From: an uncultured Bacilli bacterium
Lineage (GTDB): Bacteria > Bacillota_I > Bacilli_A > RF39 > UBA660
DNA: 38,913 nt
Assembly: GCA_947585915.1 (NCBI GenBank)
Contig: CANPXJ010000002.1
Location: 1-38,913, forward strand
Direction of reading: 5' to 3'
The notes beneath the pieces were generated by a model, which was not told where the DNA came from, did no database searches, and was given only the letters and a program-made list of their open reading frames with translations. The position numbers and the translations under genes are program-made. This document shows positions 27,472 to 35,468 of the stretch, piece by piece. How positions within the stretch are numbered: the stretch's first letter is position 1; each line of letters begins with the position of its first letter.

Positions 27472-28086
27472 TTAAAAAAATAAATATATTATTGATGGTA
27501 TTATCAATAAGAGTAATAGAATAATAATAGTTCTTAATACTATTTTCTTCTGAATATTCGAAAAAAATTTATGTTTTTTTATAGTAAAAATAATTTGATA
27601 AATTAATATTATTGGATATATTGGAATAATTGACCCAACTAAAAGAACTATTAATATTGCTTCAAATCCATAATAAATTGTAGTATCATCAAAAAAACTA
27701 ATCTCTATTCCAAATATACTAAAATATATTAGTAATAAATAGGGAAGTAAACTTATCATGTATAAAACAAATAGTTTATCATTTTTCTTGATTTTCGGAG
27801 GAACTTTTAATTCCTTATCTTTTTTCTTACTTGGTTTATCTAATAAATAATAAATAGGATATACTATACAAAAAATTATTAAAAATATATAAAATATATT
27901 CAAATCTATAATAATTTCAAACCAAAAATTGGCGAGAGGTTCAACCAAACAGTATAAATCCAAATGCCCGGTTTCAACAATATCTTGACACAAATTAAAA
28001 ATTCCCATAACTAATAATATTAAATATGGAAGTATTGATAAAAATAATAAAATTTTTTTTATCTTGAATTTAATAGTGTTATCCAT
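27472..28086 (-). CDS. Polytopic membrane protein of unknown function (204 aa)
   Basis: About six hydrophobic helices, with a Lys-rich loop KPSKKKDKELKVPPKIKKNDK in the middle. AGAGGTAA precedes the ATG. Confidence 0.7.
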   Translation of the reverse strand: MDNTIKFKIKKILLFLSILPYLILLVMGIFNLCQDIVETGHLDLYCLVEPLANFWFEIIIDLNIFYIFLIIFCIVYPIYYLLDKPSKKKDKELKVPPKIKKNDKLFVLYMISLLPYLLLIYFSIFGIEISFFDDTTIYYGFEAILIVLLVGSIIPIYPIILIYQIIFTIKKHKFFSNIQKKIVLRTIIILLLLLIIPSIIYLFF

Positions 28087-28164
28087 AATTTACCTCTAAC
28101 AAATATATTGTACCATTATTTTATATCTAATAAAAGAATTTTAATAATTACTAATTGATAGTTT

Positions 28165-29424
28165 TTAATTTTTTAAAGTTCCTATCGAAACTACATAAAC
28201 TCCATCATCACGCTTGTAAGAGTAATTAGCTCCAGTTAACACCATTAAGAATAATGGTTCTCCACATTTTTTAGTATCCACTCTTTTTTTAAATTTTAAA
28301 AGATTCTTCGCAGCTTCATCAATATATCCAGCTCCGAGTTTTATTTCAATAGCTCCCCATTTTCCACTACTTGTCCTAAATATGGCATCTACCTCAAAAT
28401 CTTTTTCATCACGATAAAAGGTTAAATCTCCATTGTAACTTTGCGTATATATCTTTAAATCTCGCATACATAGTGACTCAAACATAAAACCAAATGTATT
28501 TAAATCATTAATTAAATCATTAGGTTTAATATCTAGAATTGCTGTAGCAATAGAAGGATCAACAAAATATAACTTAGGTTTTGTTCTAAGAGCATACTTA
28601 CTTCTAAAATTTAAGTTAGTTGCATTAACATTTTCAATTACAAATAATTTAGCTAAAGTATTTAAGTAATCGTTTATTGTTGGTCGAGAGATATTATCAT
28701 TAAATTTGTTTTGCACATCATTTTCTAATGTAGAATTAGATACTTGAGTAGAAATATTTCTTGCTAAACTTCTTAAAATGTTTTGCATTTTTTCGGGATT
28801 TCTTTCTATTCCATCAATTTTTTTTACTTCTTCATGTAATAAAGATTTTACATATTCTTTAGCAAATCTATATTTTGCCTCACTTTTTACCTCTAAAGAA
28901 GCAGGCCATCCACCTCTTACAATAATACTGGCTATATCTTCTAATGATAATTTGGAGACCCCTGATATATCTTTTCCTTCCAATATATTTTTAAATGAAA
29001 CTTCTCCAGTAGATTCGTTTGATTCATACAAACTCATAGGACGCATTAAAACTCTTGAAATTCGGCCCGTTCCAGTGTGCATTGTTTCACCTTCGCTTGG
29101 TTTAGCTGAACCAGTAAGGATATATTGTCCTTTTAATCTGGAATGATCAATATCTGTTCTAATTGAATCCCAAACTACTGGGTACATTTGCCATTCATCA
29201 AACATTCTAGGTTTTTCTCCTGTTAAAAATAAAGAAGGTTTAGTATTTTTAATTTCATCATATTCTTGCTTTTTATCAGGATTTTGAAATTCAATAACAC
29301 TTTTTGAATGATGCAAACCTGTTGTTGATTTCCCACACCATTTGCACCCTTCTATTAAGACTGCTCCCATTATTTCCATAAGTTCATCTATTTCGAAATC
29401 CACAACTCTTGGTAAATATTTCAT
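28165..29424 (-). CDS. AAA+ ATPase of the AAA_14 + DUF4143 type, with a PD-(D/E)xK-like C-terminus
   Basis: P-loop-like GCKWCGKST near the N-terminus. C-terminal FEVDAIF...WGAIEIKLG matches a D...E-x-K nuclease-fold signature. 419 aa, with GGAGGGG as RBS. Confidence 0.7.
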   Translation of the reverse strand: MKYLPRVVDFEIDELMEIMGAVLIEGCKWCGKSTTGLHHSKSVIEFQNPDKKQEYDEIKNTKPSLFLTGEKPRMFDEWQMYPVVWDSIRTDIDHSRLKGQYILTGSAKPSEGETMHTGTGRISRVLMRPMSLYESNESTGEVSFKNILEGKDISGVSKLSLEDIASIIVRGGWPASLEVKSEAKYRFAKEYVKSLLHEEVKKIDGIERNPEKMQNILRSLARNISTQVSNSTLENDVQNKFNDNISRPTINDYLNTLAKLFVIENVNATNLNFRSKYALRTKPKLYFVDPSIATAILDIKPNDLINDLNTFGFMFESLCMRDLKIYTQSYNGDLTFYRDEKDFEVDAIFRTSSGKWGAIEIKLGAGYIDEAAKNLLKFKKRVDTKKCGEPLFLMVLTGANYSYKRDDGVYVVSIGTLKN

Positions 29425-29456
29425 TTATTACCCCTCCTCGTAAAAAGATTATATCA

Positions 29457-29512
29457 TTATTTTACAAAAAGAGCAATTTTTATTTTACATTTTGAGAAAA
29501 AATTATTTTACA
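29457..29512. repeat. Three direct copies of TTATTTTACA with an exact 23-bp period in the ATPase upstream region
   Basis: Copies at 29457-29466, 29480-29489 and 29503-29512. On the minus strand each reads TGTAAAATAA and contains a -10-like TAAAAT. Confidence 0.6.
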
Positions 29513-29531
29513 AAAAAAGACAAAATTTAAA

Positions 29532-29555
29532 GAAAAAAAATCCGATTATTCGGAT
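29532..29555 (-). terminator. Rho-independent terminator after jag
   Basis: On the minus strand, ATCCGA-ataa-TCGGAT is followed by 8 T. It begins 6 nt after the jag stop. Confidence 0.7.
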
Positions 29556-29561
29556 ATATTT

Positions 29562-30170
29562 TTATTCTGCCTTTTTAATTACAACATGACGATTAGGTTC
29601 TTCACCTTCACTAATTGTTGTAACTCCTTTAAAATCAGTTAAAGCATTATGAACAATTCTTCTTTCATAGGAATTCATATTTTCTAAACTTGCATCAATT
29701 CCTGTTGCTCTTACTTCTTTAGCTGTTCTACGTGCCAGTCTTTCAAGATTTTCATTTTTCTTATCTTTATAATTTTCAACATCTAAAATAATGTATGGTA
29801 AAATTTTCGTTTCTTTAATTATTATCTGGCGCACTATTAATTGTAAAGCACTTAAAGTTTGACCATTTTTACCAATTAAAATTGCGTTATTATCAGAAAA
29901 CATTTTTATATATATTTGTTTATCTCTAATTCTACTTTCAAAAGTAACATCTAGACCCATTCTTCTAAGTAAATCGCTTAAAAAGTCTTTTACATATTCA
30001 CATATATCTTCTAACTTAACTACAGTAACAACATTTGTTGTTCCTTTAAATATTCCCCCTTTTTTAGTAAAAGATTTATACACTATATCTTCTTCTTTTA
30101 ATTCATTTTCTTTTAAAATTTCTTCTAAAACTTTTTCATAATCTTTTCCACTTTGTTCATAAATTTTCAT
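29562..30170 (-). CDS. jag: Jag/KhpB RNA-binding protein (Jag_N, KH, R3H)
   Basis: 202 aa. KH-like IGKNGQTLSALQ and R3H segment NMNSYERRIVHNAL. It lies downstream of yidC. Confidence 0.88.
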   Translation of the reverse strand: MKIYEQSGKDYEKVLEEILKENELKEEDIVYKSFTKKGGIFKGTTNVVTVVKLEDICEYVKDFLSDLLRRMGLDVTFESRIRDKQIYIKMFSDNNAILIGKNGQTLSALQLIVRQIIIKETKILPYIILDVENYKDKKNENLERLARRTAKEVRATGIDASLENMNSYERRIVHNALTDFKGVTTISEGEEPNRHVVIKKAE

Positions 30171-30187
30171 AACTAACTACCTTCTTA

Positions 30188-31150
30188 CTATTTTTTTGAT
30201 TTTATTTTTTTCATATATAAGTTCTGTAATACCATTATACCATTAGTTACAATCCAATACAAAGCAATTGCAACTGGTAATGTTATAGAAATGACTGAAA
30301 TCATTATCATCATAAATTTGGACATCATTTGCATTTGTTTTTCGGCTTCTCCTCCACCAGAGGCGGCCATGTTCATTTTAAACGATAAGTAAGTAGTTAA
30401 CATTATTAATAAAATTATTACAATATAAACTATTTTAACTCCCATTGAACCAGTTGTAATACCTATTAGAGAGTTTGTTCCTAAATTGACCCCAAATAAG
30501 TGTTCTTCAAAAATAGCTGGTACTCTATTAATTGCTTCCAAGAAAGCAAAGAATAAAGGTAATTGAATAAATGATACTAAACATCCAGAAACAGGATTTA
30601 TATTATATTTTTTATAAACCATCATTGTTTCTTGACTCTTAGCCATCATTGATTCATTATCAGTTTTATTTTTATATTTTTTTTCAATTCGATTAATTTC
30701 TGGTTGGGCTTTTTTCATATTTTCACTCGTTGTTAAACTTTTTTTAGAAAGTGGTAATAATACTAACCTTATTAAAGCTCCAACCACCATAACAGCTATA
30801 CCAAAATTCTTAACAATTAATCCTACTTTGATAATTACCCAAGCAAGTGGCTTGACAAAGATACTTTCCCACAAACCGTGATATTCGATTTTGCCAGGTG
30901 TAAATTTAGGACAAGCAGGTAAATTTTTTAATTTTGTTTGCATTTGTTTTTCATACTTATCATAAATACTAATCAATTTTTTATCAGTTGGCTTACATAA
31001 AATATCATTACGAACAGACTGACCTGTTTCTTTGTTTTGAACTAATTTCTTATCTCCATCTTTAATATAATCTGCCGACCCACAACTAGTACAAGTAAGG
31101 AGCATTAGAATTAATACTAATATTGATAACTTTTTTTTCAATTTATTCAC
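30188..31150 (-). CDS. yidC: Membrane protein insertase YidC/SpoIIIJ
   Basis: 320 aa with a signal or lipoprotein-like N-terminus and multi-pass C-terminal core. 4-nt overlap with rnpA. Confidence 0.92.
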   Translation of the reverse strand: MNKLKKKLSILVLILMLLTCTSCGSADYIKDGDKKLVQNKETGQSVRNDILCKPTDKKLISIYDKYEKQMQTKLKNLPACPKFTPGKIEYHGLWESIFVKPLAWVIIKVGLIVKNFGIAVMVVGALIRLVLLPLSKKSLTTSENMKKAQPEINRIEKKYKNKTDNESMMAKSQETMMVYKKYNINPVSGCLVSFIQLPLFFAFLEAINRVPAIFEEHLFGVNLGTNSLIGITTGSMGVKIVYIVIILLIMLTTYLSFKMNMAASGGGEAEKQMQMMSKFMMIMISVISITLPVAIALYWIVTNGIMVLQNLYMKKIKSKK

Positions 31151-31470
31151 CTTTTCTTTAGTACATTTTTCATCTCATTTAATAGTTTATCATATTTTTC
31201 ATCTTTACAGAACCTTTTTGCAACAATTATATAATCATTATATGTTGGAAAACTTTTCATATTATAATCTATTATATTTCTAATTTTTCTTTTTACTTTA
31301 TTCCTTATGACAGCATTTCCTACTTTTTTCCCCACTGCTATTCCAAATTTTGGTTTTTCAAAAGTTGATCTTAAACAATAAATTATAAAATTTTTAGAAT
31401 TAATTTTTATTCCTTCTTTAATTACTTTATTAAAATACCTATTATCTTTTACAATATCTTTTTTTTTCAT
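31147..31470 (-). CDS. rnpA: Ribonuclease P protein component
   Basis: FGIAVGKKVGNAVIRNKVKRKIR (RNR-type motif), 107 aa, downstream of rpmH. Confidence 0.92.
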   Translation of the reverse strand: MKKKDIVKDNRYFNKVIKEGIKINSKNFIIYCLRSTFEKPKFGIAVGKKVGNAVIRNKVKRKIRNIIDYNMKSFPTYNDYIIVAKRFCKDEKYDKLLNEMKNVLKKR

Positions 31471-31514
31471 ATATTTAGTCCTTTTTAGAAGAAAAAACCA
31501 TAATACTTTATGGT

Positions 31515-31637
31515 TTATTTAGATAATACTTTTCTTCCTTTTTTTCTTCTTCTTTTTAATATGTTCGTTTCTTTTCTAGCAAAAAATCCATGTTTCTTTG
31601 CTTTTTTACGATTATTTGGTTGATATGTTCTTTTCAT
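31515..31637 (-). CDS. rpmH: 50S ribosomal protein L34 (not in the ORF track)
   Basis: Hand translation gives [40 protein letters not shown] (40 aa). GGAGGTG lies upstream of the ATG at 31637. Confidence 0.9.
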   Translation of the reverse strand: MKRTYQPNNRKKAKKHGFFARKETNILKRRRKKGRKVLSK

Positions 31638-31671
31638 AAATGCACCTCCAAACCTTTTGTTAAGTCAATTT

Positions 31672-31701
31672 ATTATATTATAAAGTTTCAATAAAAGTCA
31701 A
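31672..31701 (-). promoter_or_regulatory. Candidate sigma-A promoter of rpmH-rnpA-yidC-jag
   Basis: On the minus strand, TTGACT (plus 31696-31701), an 18-nt spacer, then TATAAT (plus 31672-31677). Confidence 0.5.
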
Positions 31702-31727
31702 GAAATGAATATAAATTTTTTTTTAGT

Positions 31728-32471
31728 TTATTTATCAGATGGTGATAAAGAAAGAATTTTATTATTTATTTCGTTAAAACATCTTACATCTTCTTCATCC
31801 ATATATTCATCAAGCTGACATATCCAGAATATGTGATAACTTTTAATCACTACATTTCTATGTGCTAATATATCTGATCCTTTGACTTTTTCTGCAAAAT
31901 AATAATTATATTCTGGATCTTTACTTTTTAAAATCACTTGTCCATGTGCTTTAATATTCGCTCCTATCACGAATTGAGCAAATTCATAATTCAACTGTAG
32001 ATTTTTGCTATCTAAAACTATTTGTTCATGTGATTTGATATCCGCTCCTTCAACATCACGAGCATAGTAGTAATTCAATTCTGGGTCTTTACTATCTAAA
32101 ATTATTTGACCATGTGCTTTTACATTAGCACCTTTTACATCACGAGCAAAGTAATAACTTACTTTAGGATTATTACTTTCTAAAACAATTTGTTCGTGGG
32201 CCTTGATATCCGCTCCTTCAACATCACGAGCATAGTAGTAATTCAATTCTGGGTCTTTACTATCTAAAACTACTTGAGCGTGTGCTTTTATATCTGCCCC
32301 TTTAATGTTTTTTGCAAACCAAGTACTTAATTCTGGATTTTTTACTTTTAAAATATTTTTTTCAAATAATTCTATTACAACACTATTTCCCCAGCCTTCT
32401 TGAACAAATTTTATCTTAGATATTATTTCATCAATTTTATTCTTTTCAATTTCACTTTTACTTTCATTCAT
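31728..32471 (-). CDS. Tandem-repeat protein: six 28-residue repeats (predicted helical solenoid), function unknown
   Basis: The repeats fit P-E-x-x-Y-Y-(F/Y)-A-x-x-V-x-G-A-(D/N)-(I/V)-K-A-H-x-Q-(I/V)-(V/I)-L-x-S-K-x, for example DSKDPELNYYYARDVEGADIKAHEQIVL. The track start at 32516 is a TTG. The ATG at 32471 (MNESKSE) has GGAAAGGAA upstream. Confidence 0.8.
   Translation of the reverse strand: MNESKSEIEKNKIDEIISKIKFVQEGWGNSVVIELFEKNILKVKNPELSTWFAKNIKGADIKAHAQVVLDSKDPELNYYYARDVEGADIKAHEQIVLESNNPKVSYYFARDVKGANVKAHGQIILDSKDPELNYYYARDVEGADIKSHEQIVLDSKNLQLNYEFAQFVIGANIKAHGQVILKSKDPEYNYYFAEKVKGSDILAHRNVVIKSYHIFWICQLDEYMDEEDVRCFNEINNKILSLSPSDK
32035..32269. repeat. 67-bp perfect direct repeat (32035-32101 and 32203-32269), 168-bp period, inside the repeat-protein gene
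   Basis: Both copies read ttgatatccgctccttcaacatcacgagcatagtagtaattcaattctgggtctttactatctaaaa. They correspond to protein repeats 2 and 4. Confidence 0.9.
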
Positions 32472-32540
32472 GTTAATTTCCTTTCCCAAACTTAATTTAA
32501 TATTAATAGTATTCAAAAATATTTATTAAATAAAATTTTC

Positions 32541-33635
32541 TTAATTACGATTAAGTTTTCTTTCTATTCTTAATCTTTTTATTTCTTCTTTTTTAAAATT
32601 TTCATCTTCAGCATGATTTTTTAAAACATTTACAAGATTTTGCATTGCTTCTTGTTTCTTATTTTTATCAATATCATAAATATCTTTAATAGTAACTTTT
32701 TCTACTTTTTCATATTTTTTTGTTCTATCAAAGTAATTTTCATAACATACTAAATTAGGATTTCCTCCCAATTCTAAATACTTAGCAATAAAATCATCTA
32801 AATTTGGATCAGAGGTATCTATTCCATATATCATTGGTATATCTATATTTCTATTAAATTCCTGGGCAAATAATAAACCGCGACGAGGTCCTATTCTATT
32901 TCCTCCCCTTTCAATAATACGATACATTACACAATTTAATAATTCTTCTTTAAAATAACAATCTTGTTTATAATTGTTTATGGCATTTAATAATTCTTCT
33001 CTTGTATCACTAGCTATTTTAATAGAATTACTATCTAAAAAATTTAAAAATTCTTCCGCCTTTACATCATTTAATTTTACGATTTTTCCATTATTATCCT
33101 TAATTTCAATTATAGGTGAATTTTTAAAGGAAGAATAAAGGGTACTTACTCTAAGTCGTCCTTTAGCTGTTAGATAATAATAATAATTATTATTATTCAA
33201 TATTTTGAGCCTATGACAACATAAACTTTGACATCTAGGTTTTGCTAAAAAATGATATTCATAATTAGGTAAAGTATTAGTAAAAGCATTCAAATTATAT
33301 AAATCTGCCCAATCTAATAATTGAATATCTGAATCCTCATCAATTTGAGATTTTAAATATATATTTTCTTTAAACATTTTTCTATTGATATTTTCTTTAT
33401 CATTATAAGGAAAACGAAGCTCATACCAAACGGCCATTTTTTCAATAAAATTTCTTAACTCTATGGGTTCTCTATACTCTCCTATATCAGTATATTGTCC
33501 TTTTACCATGTTTTCATAATACCAATTAATAAATTCATCTACTTTATCATCTAGAACAATTGGTTTTTCATTTTCTTCCTTTTCTAAAAAACTATTTAAT
33601 TTTTCTTTTAACATTTCTAAATATTTCTTTTTCAT
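32541..33635 (-). CDS. Hypothetical protein (364 aa)
   Basis: AAGGAG lies 5 nt upstream of the ATG. No motif I recognise. Conserved-looking core RIIERGGNRIGPRRGLLFAQEF. Confidence 0.75.
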   Translation of the reverse strand: MKKKYLEMLKEKLNSFLEKEENEKPIVLDDKVDEFINWYYENMVKGQYTDIGEYREPIELRNFIEKMAVWYELRFPYNDKENINRKMFKENIYLKSQIDEDSDIQLLDWADLYNLNAFTNTLPNYEYHFLAKPRCQSLCCHRLKILNNNNYYYYLTAKGRLRVSTLYSSFKNSPIIEIKDNNGKIVKLNDVKAEEFLNFLDSNSIKIASDTREELLNAINNYKQDCYFKEELLNCVMYRIIERGGNRIGPRRGLLFAQEFNRNIDIPMIYGIDTSDPNLDDFIAKYLELGGNPNLVCYENYFDRTKKYEKVEKVTIKDIYDIDKNKKQEAMQNLVNVLKNHAEDENFKKEEIKRLRIERKLNRN

Positions 33636-33750
33636 AAATACTCCTTCTTTTTGAGACTTAGTATATCATAAAAATCATTTTTTACAATATTTTTTCTTGT
33701 AGAATATTAATTAATCCATTATAATATTTTTTCAAAGGAGAAACATTAAA

Positions 33751-35211
33751 ATGGATAAAATACTTTCTTTTTCTAACTCTAATGATATTTTTAACTATAT
33801 AAAATTTATCGATTCTTACTCTGATAATGAAATAATTAATAATTTACCTCTTATGATATTTAATATGAAAAGATTATTTTTGTATTCTAAATTAGAAGAA
33901 TATATCAAAATTTCCATTAAAAATATTAAAGATATAAATTTAAAAAGTGAGCAAATAAAAAAATATTTTTATAATTTTTACAAATATGATTGGGAGAATA
34001 TATTTTCTATAATAGAAAATCACTCTTTAAAAGAAAAAGAATGTATCTTAAGAAATCTTAATAATTTAAAATTTTCTAGAGTTCAAAATATTTTAAATAT
34101 TCCTTCAAACTTAAATTTTGGATTAGAGCTAGAATATAGTAATGTTTCTCTTAAGTTTTTAAAAAAGTTATGGACAAATAATTCTATAATTGGATTAATG
34201 AATATTTTAGATATACCCAAAGATATTCAAAATTCTATTATCAAAAATACTGTTTTTGAAAAAGAAGGGGAGTTTGATAAATTTAACATTTCTATAGAAA
34301 ATGATATTGATACTGATTCAGAATTATCAACACCGATAATGAATAATTCTTTAAAAAACTTAAATGAAATAAAAGCCTTTATTCTTTTATTTAAATTTTT
34401 AAATGCCGAGCTAAACGGTTCTACATCGTTACAAATCAATATAGATGTAAAATATTTGCAAAAAAACATAAAAGCTTTAAATTATTTATTGACTATATGG
34501 GGTGAATGTGAAGAATTGTTTTTTAAAATTGCTGGTCCAGAAAATGAAGTAATAAGAAATAGTACGCTTACAATGGCTAAACCAATTAAACATAATATTC
34601 AAAATTTCTTTAATAATAATTCAAATTTTGAAATTAATGATAATGATGATATGAATTTATTTCTTTATAATGTTCAGGGGAAAGAATATTTAGAACAAAT
34701 ATTAGAATATACCCATGATTCATTACTAAATTCTATTAAAACTAAAGATGATAAAATTATTGTATTTAATAAATTTATGAAAGAAGATATTAATAATAAA
34801 AATGATATAAAGTATACAAGTATAAATTTTAATCATATGGAGTGGAATAAGAATATTGGTAGAATTGAATTTAGAATTTTTAATAATTCCTTATCCTCTG
34901 ATATAATATTTCAAGATTTAACTTTAATAGCTAAATTATGTGAAACTTGTGTACTATTAGCTAGTAATCCTTTTTATAAAAAAGAAATTTACGTTGCTTT
35001 ATTAAATCATAATATTTCTGAAGAAAATAAATTAAATTTGTTATTAGATTTATTATTTGATGATGATTATGATAAAAACGTCTTTAAAAAAAGGTGGAAT
35101 TCCGTAAAAGATTTAGAATTTTATCAATATTTTAAAGTGGGTGTTGATACATTTTGCACTTCTCCTAATAATAAACAATTAATAAAATCTTTATCCACAA
35201 CTAATTCTTAA
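33751..35211 (+). CDS. Divergent amidoligase-like protein (glutamine synthetase/GCS2-like fold, Amidoligase_2-like); tentative
   Basis: Ordered motifs: FGLELEY (G-x-E-x-E strand), ELSTPIM (E-x-x-S/T-P), GSTSLQINIDV (where H-V-H-V is expected) and GRIEFRIFNNS (T/I-E-F-R). 486 aa with AAAGGAGA as RBS. Confidence 0.4.
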   Translation: MDKILSFSNSNDIFNYIKFIDSYSDNEIINNLPLMIFNMKRLFLYSKLEEYIKISIKNIKDINLKSEQIKKYFYNFYKYDWENIFSIIENHSLKEKECILRNLNNLKFSRVQNILNIPSNLNFGLELEYSNVSLKFLKKLWTNNSIIGLMNILDIPKDIQNSIIKNTVFEKEGEFDKFNISIENDIDTDSELSTPIMNNSLKNLNEIKAFILLFKFLNAELNGSTSLQINIDVKYLQKNIKALNYLLTIWGECEELFFKIAGPENEVIRNSTLTMAKPIKHNIQNFFNNNSNFEINDNDDMNLFLYNVQGKEYLEQILEYTHDSLLNSIKTKDDKIIVFNKFMKEDINNKNDIKYTSINFNHMEWNKNIGRIEFRIFNNSLSSDIIFQDLTLIAKLCETCVLLASNPFYKKEIYVALLNHNISEENKLNLLLDLLFDDDYDKNVFKKRWNSVKDLEFYQYFKVGVDTFCTSPNNKQLIKSLSTTNS

Positions 35212-35383
35212 TTTTAATCACTAATAAATTAGGAATATTTTACTTACTAACATTTTTAACAAGTTTGTTAATAAATTTATCCATAATTGTTGATTATTTT
35301 AACTAAAATTTGTGGAAAATGTTGATAAGTTCTTTTTTTTTAGTTATTATAGTAACTAAACTTGTTGATAACATTGTGAATAA
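35191..35383. promoter_or_regulatory. oriC left part: DnaA-box cluster upstream of dnaA
   Basis: Perfect TTATCCACA at 35191-35199, inside the last codons of the upstream ORF. One-mismatch boxes at 35277-35285 (TTATCCATA), 35311-35319 (rc TTTTCCACA), 35320-35328 and 35363-35371 (rc TTATCAACA), and 35375-35383 (rc TTATTCACA). Confidence 0.8.
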
Positions 35384-35468
35384 CTTGTTATTAAAAAAAT
35401 TGGACTTTTAATTTCTAAAAACTTGTGAGAAAATGAAATTAAGTTATTAAGGTAGTGGGGTGATATGA

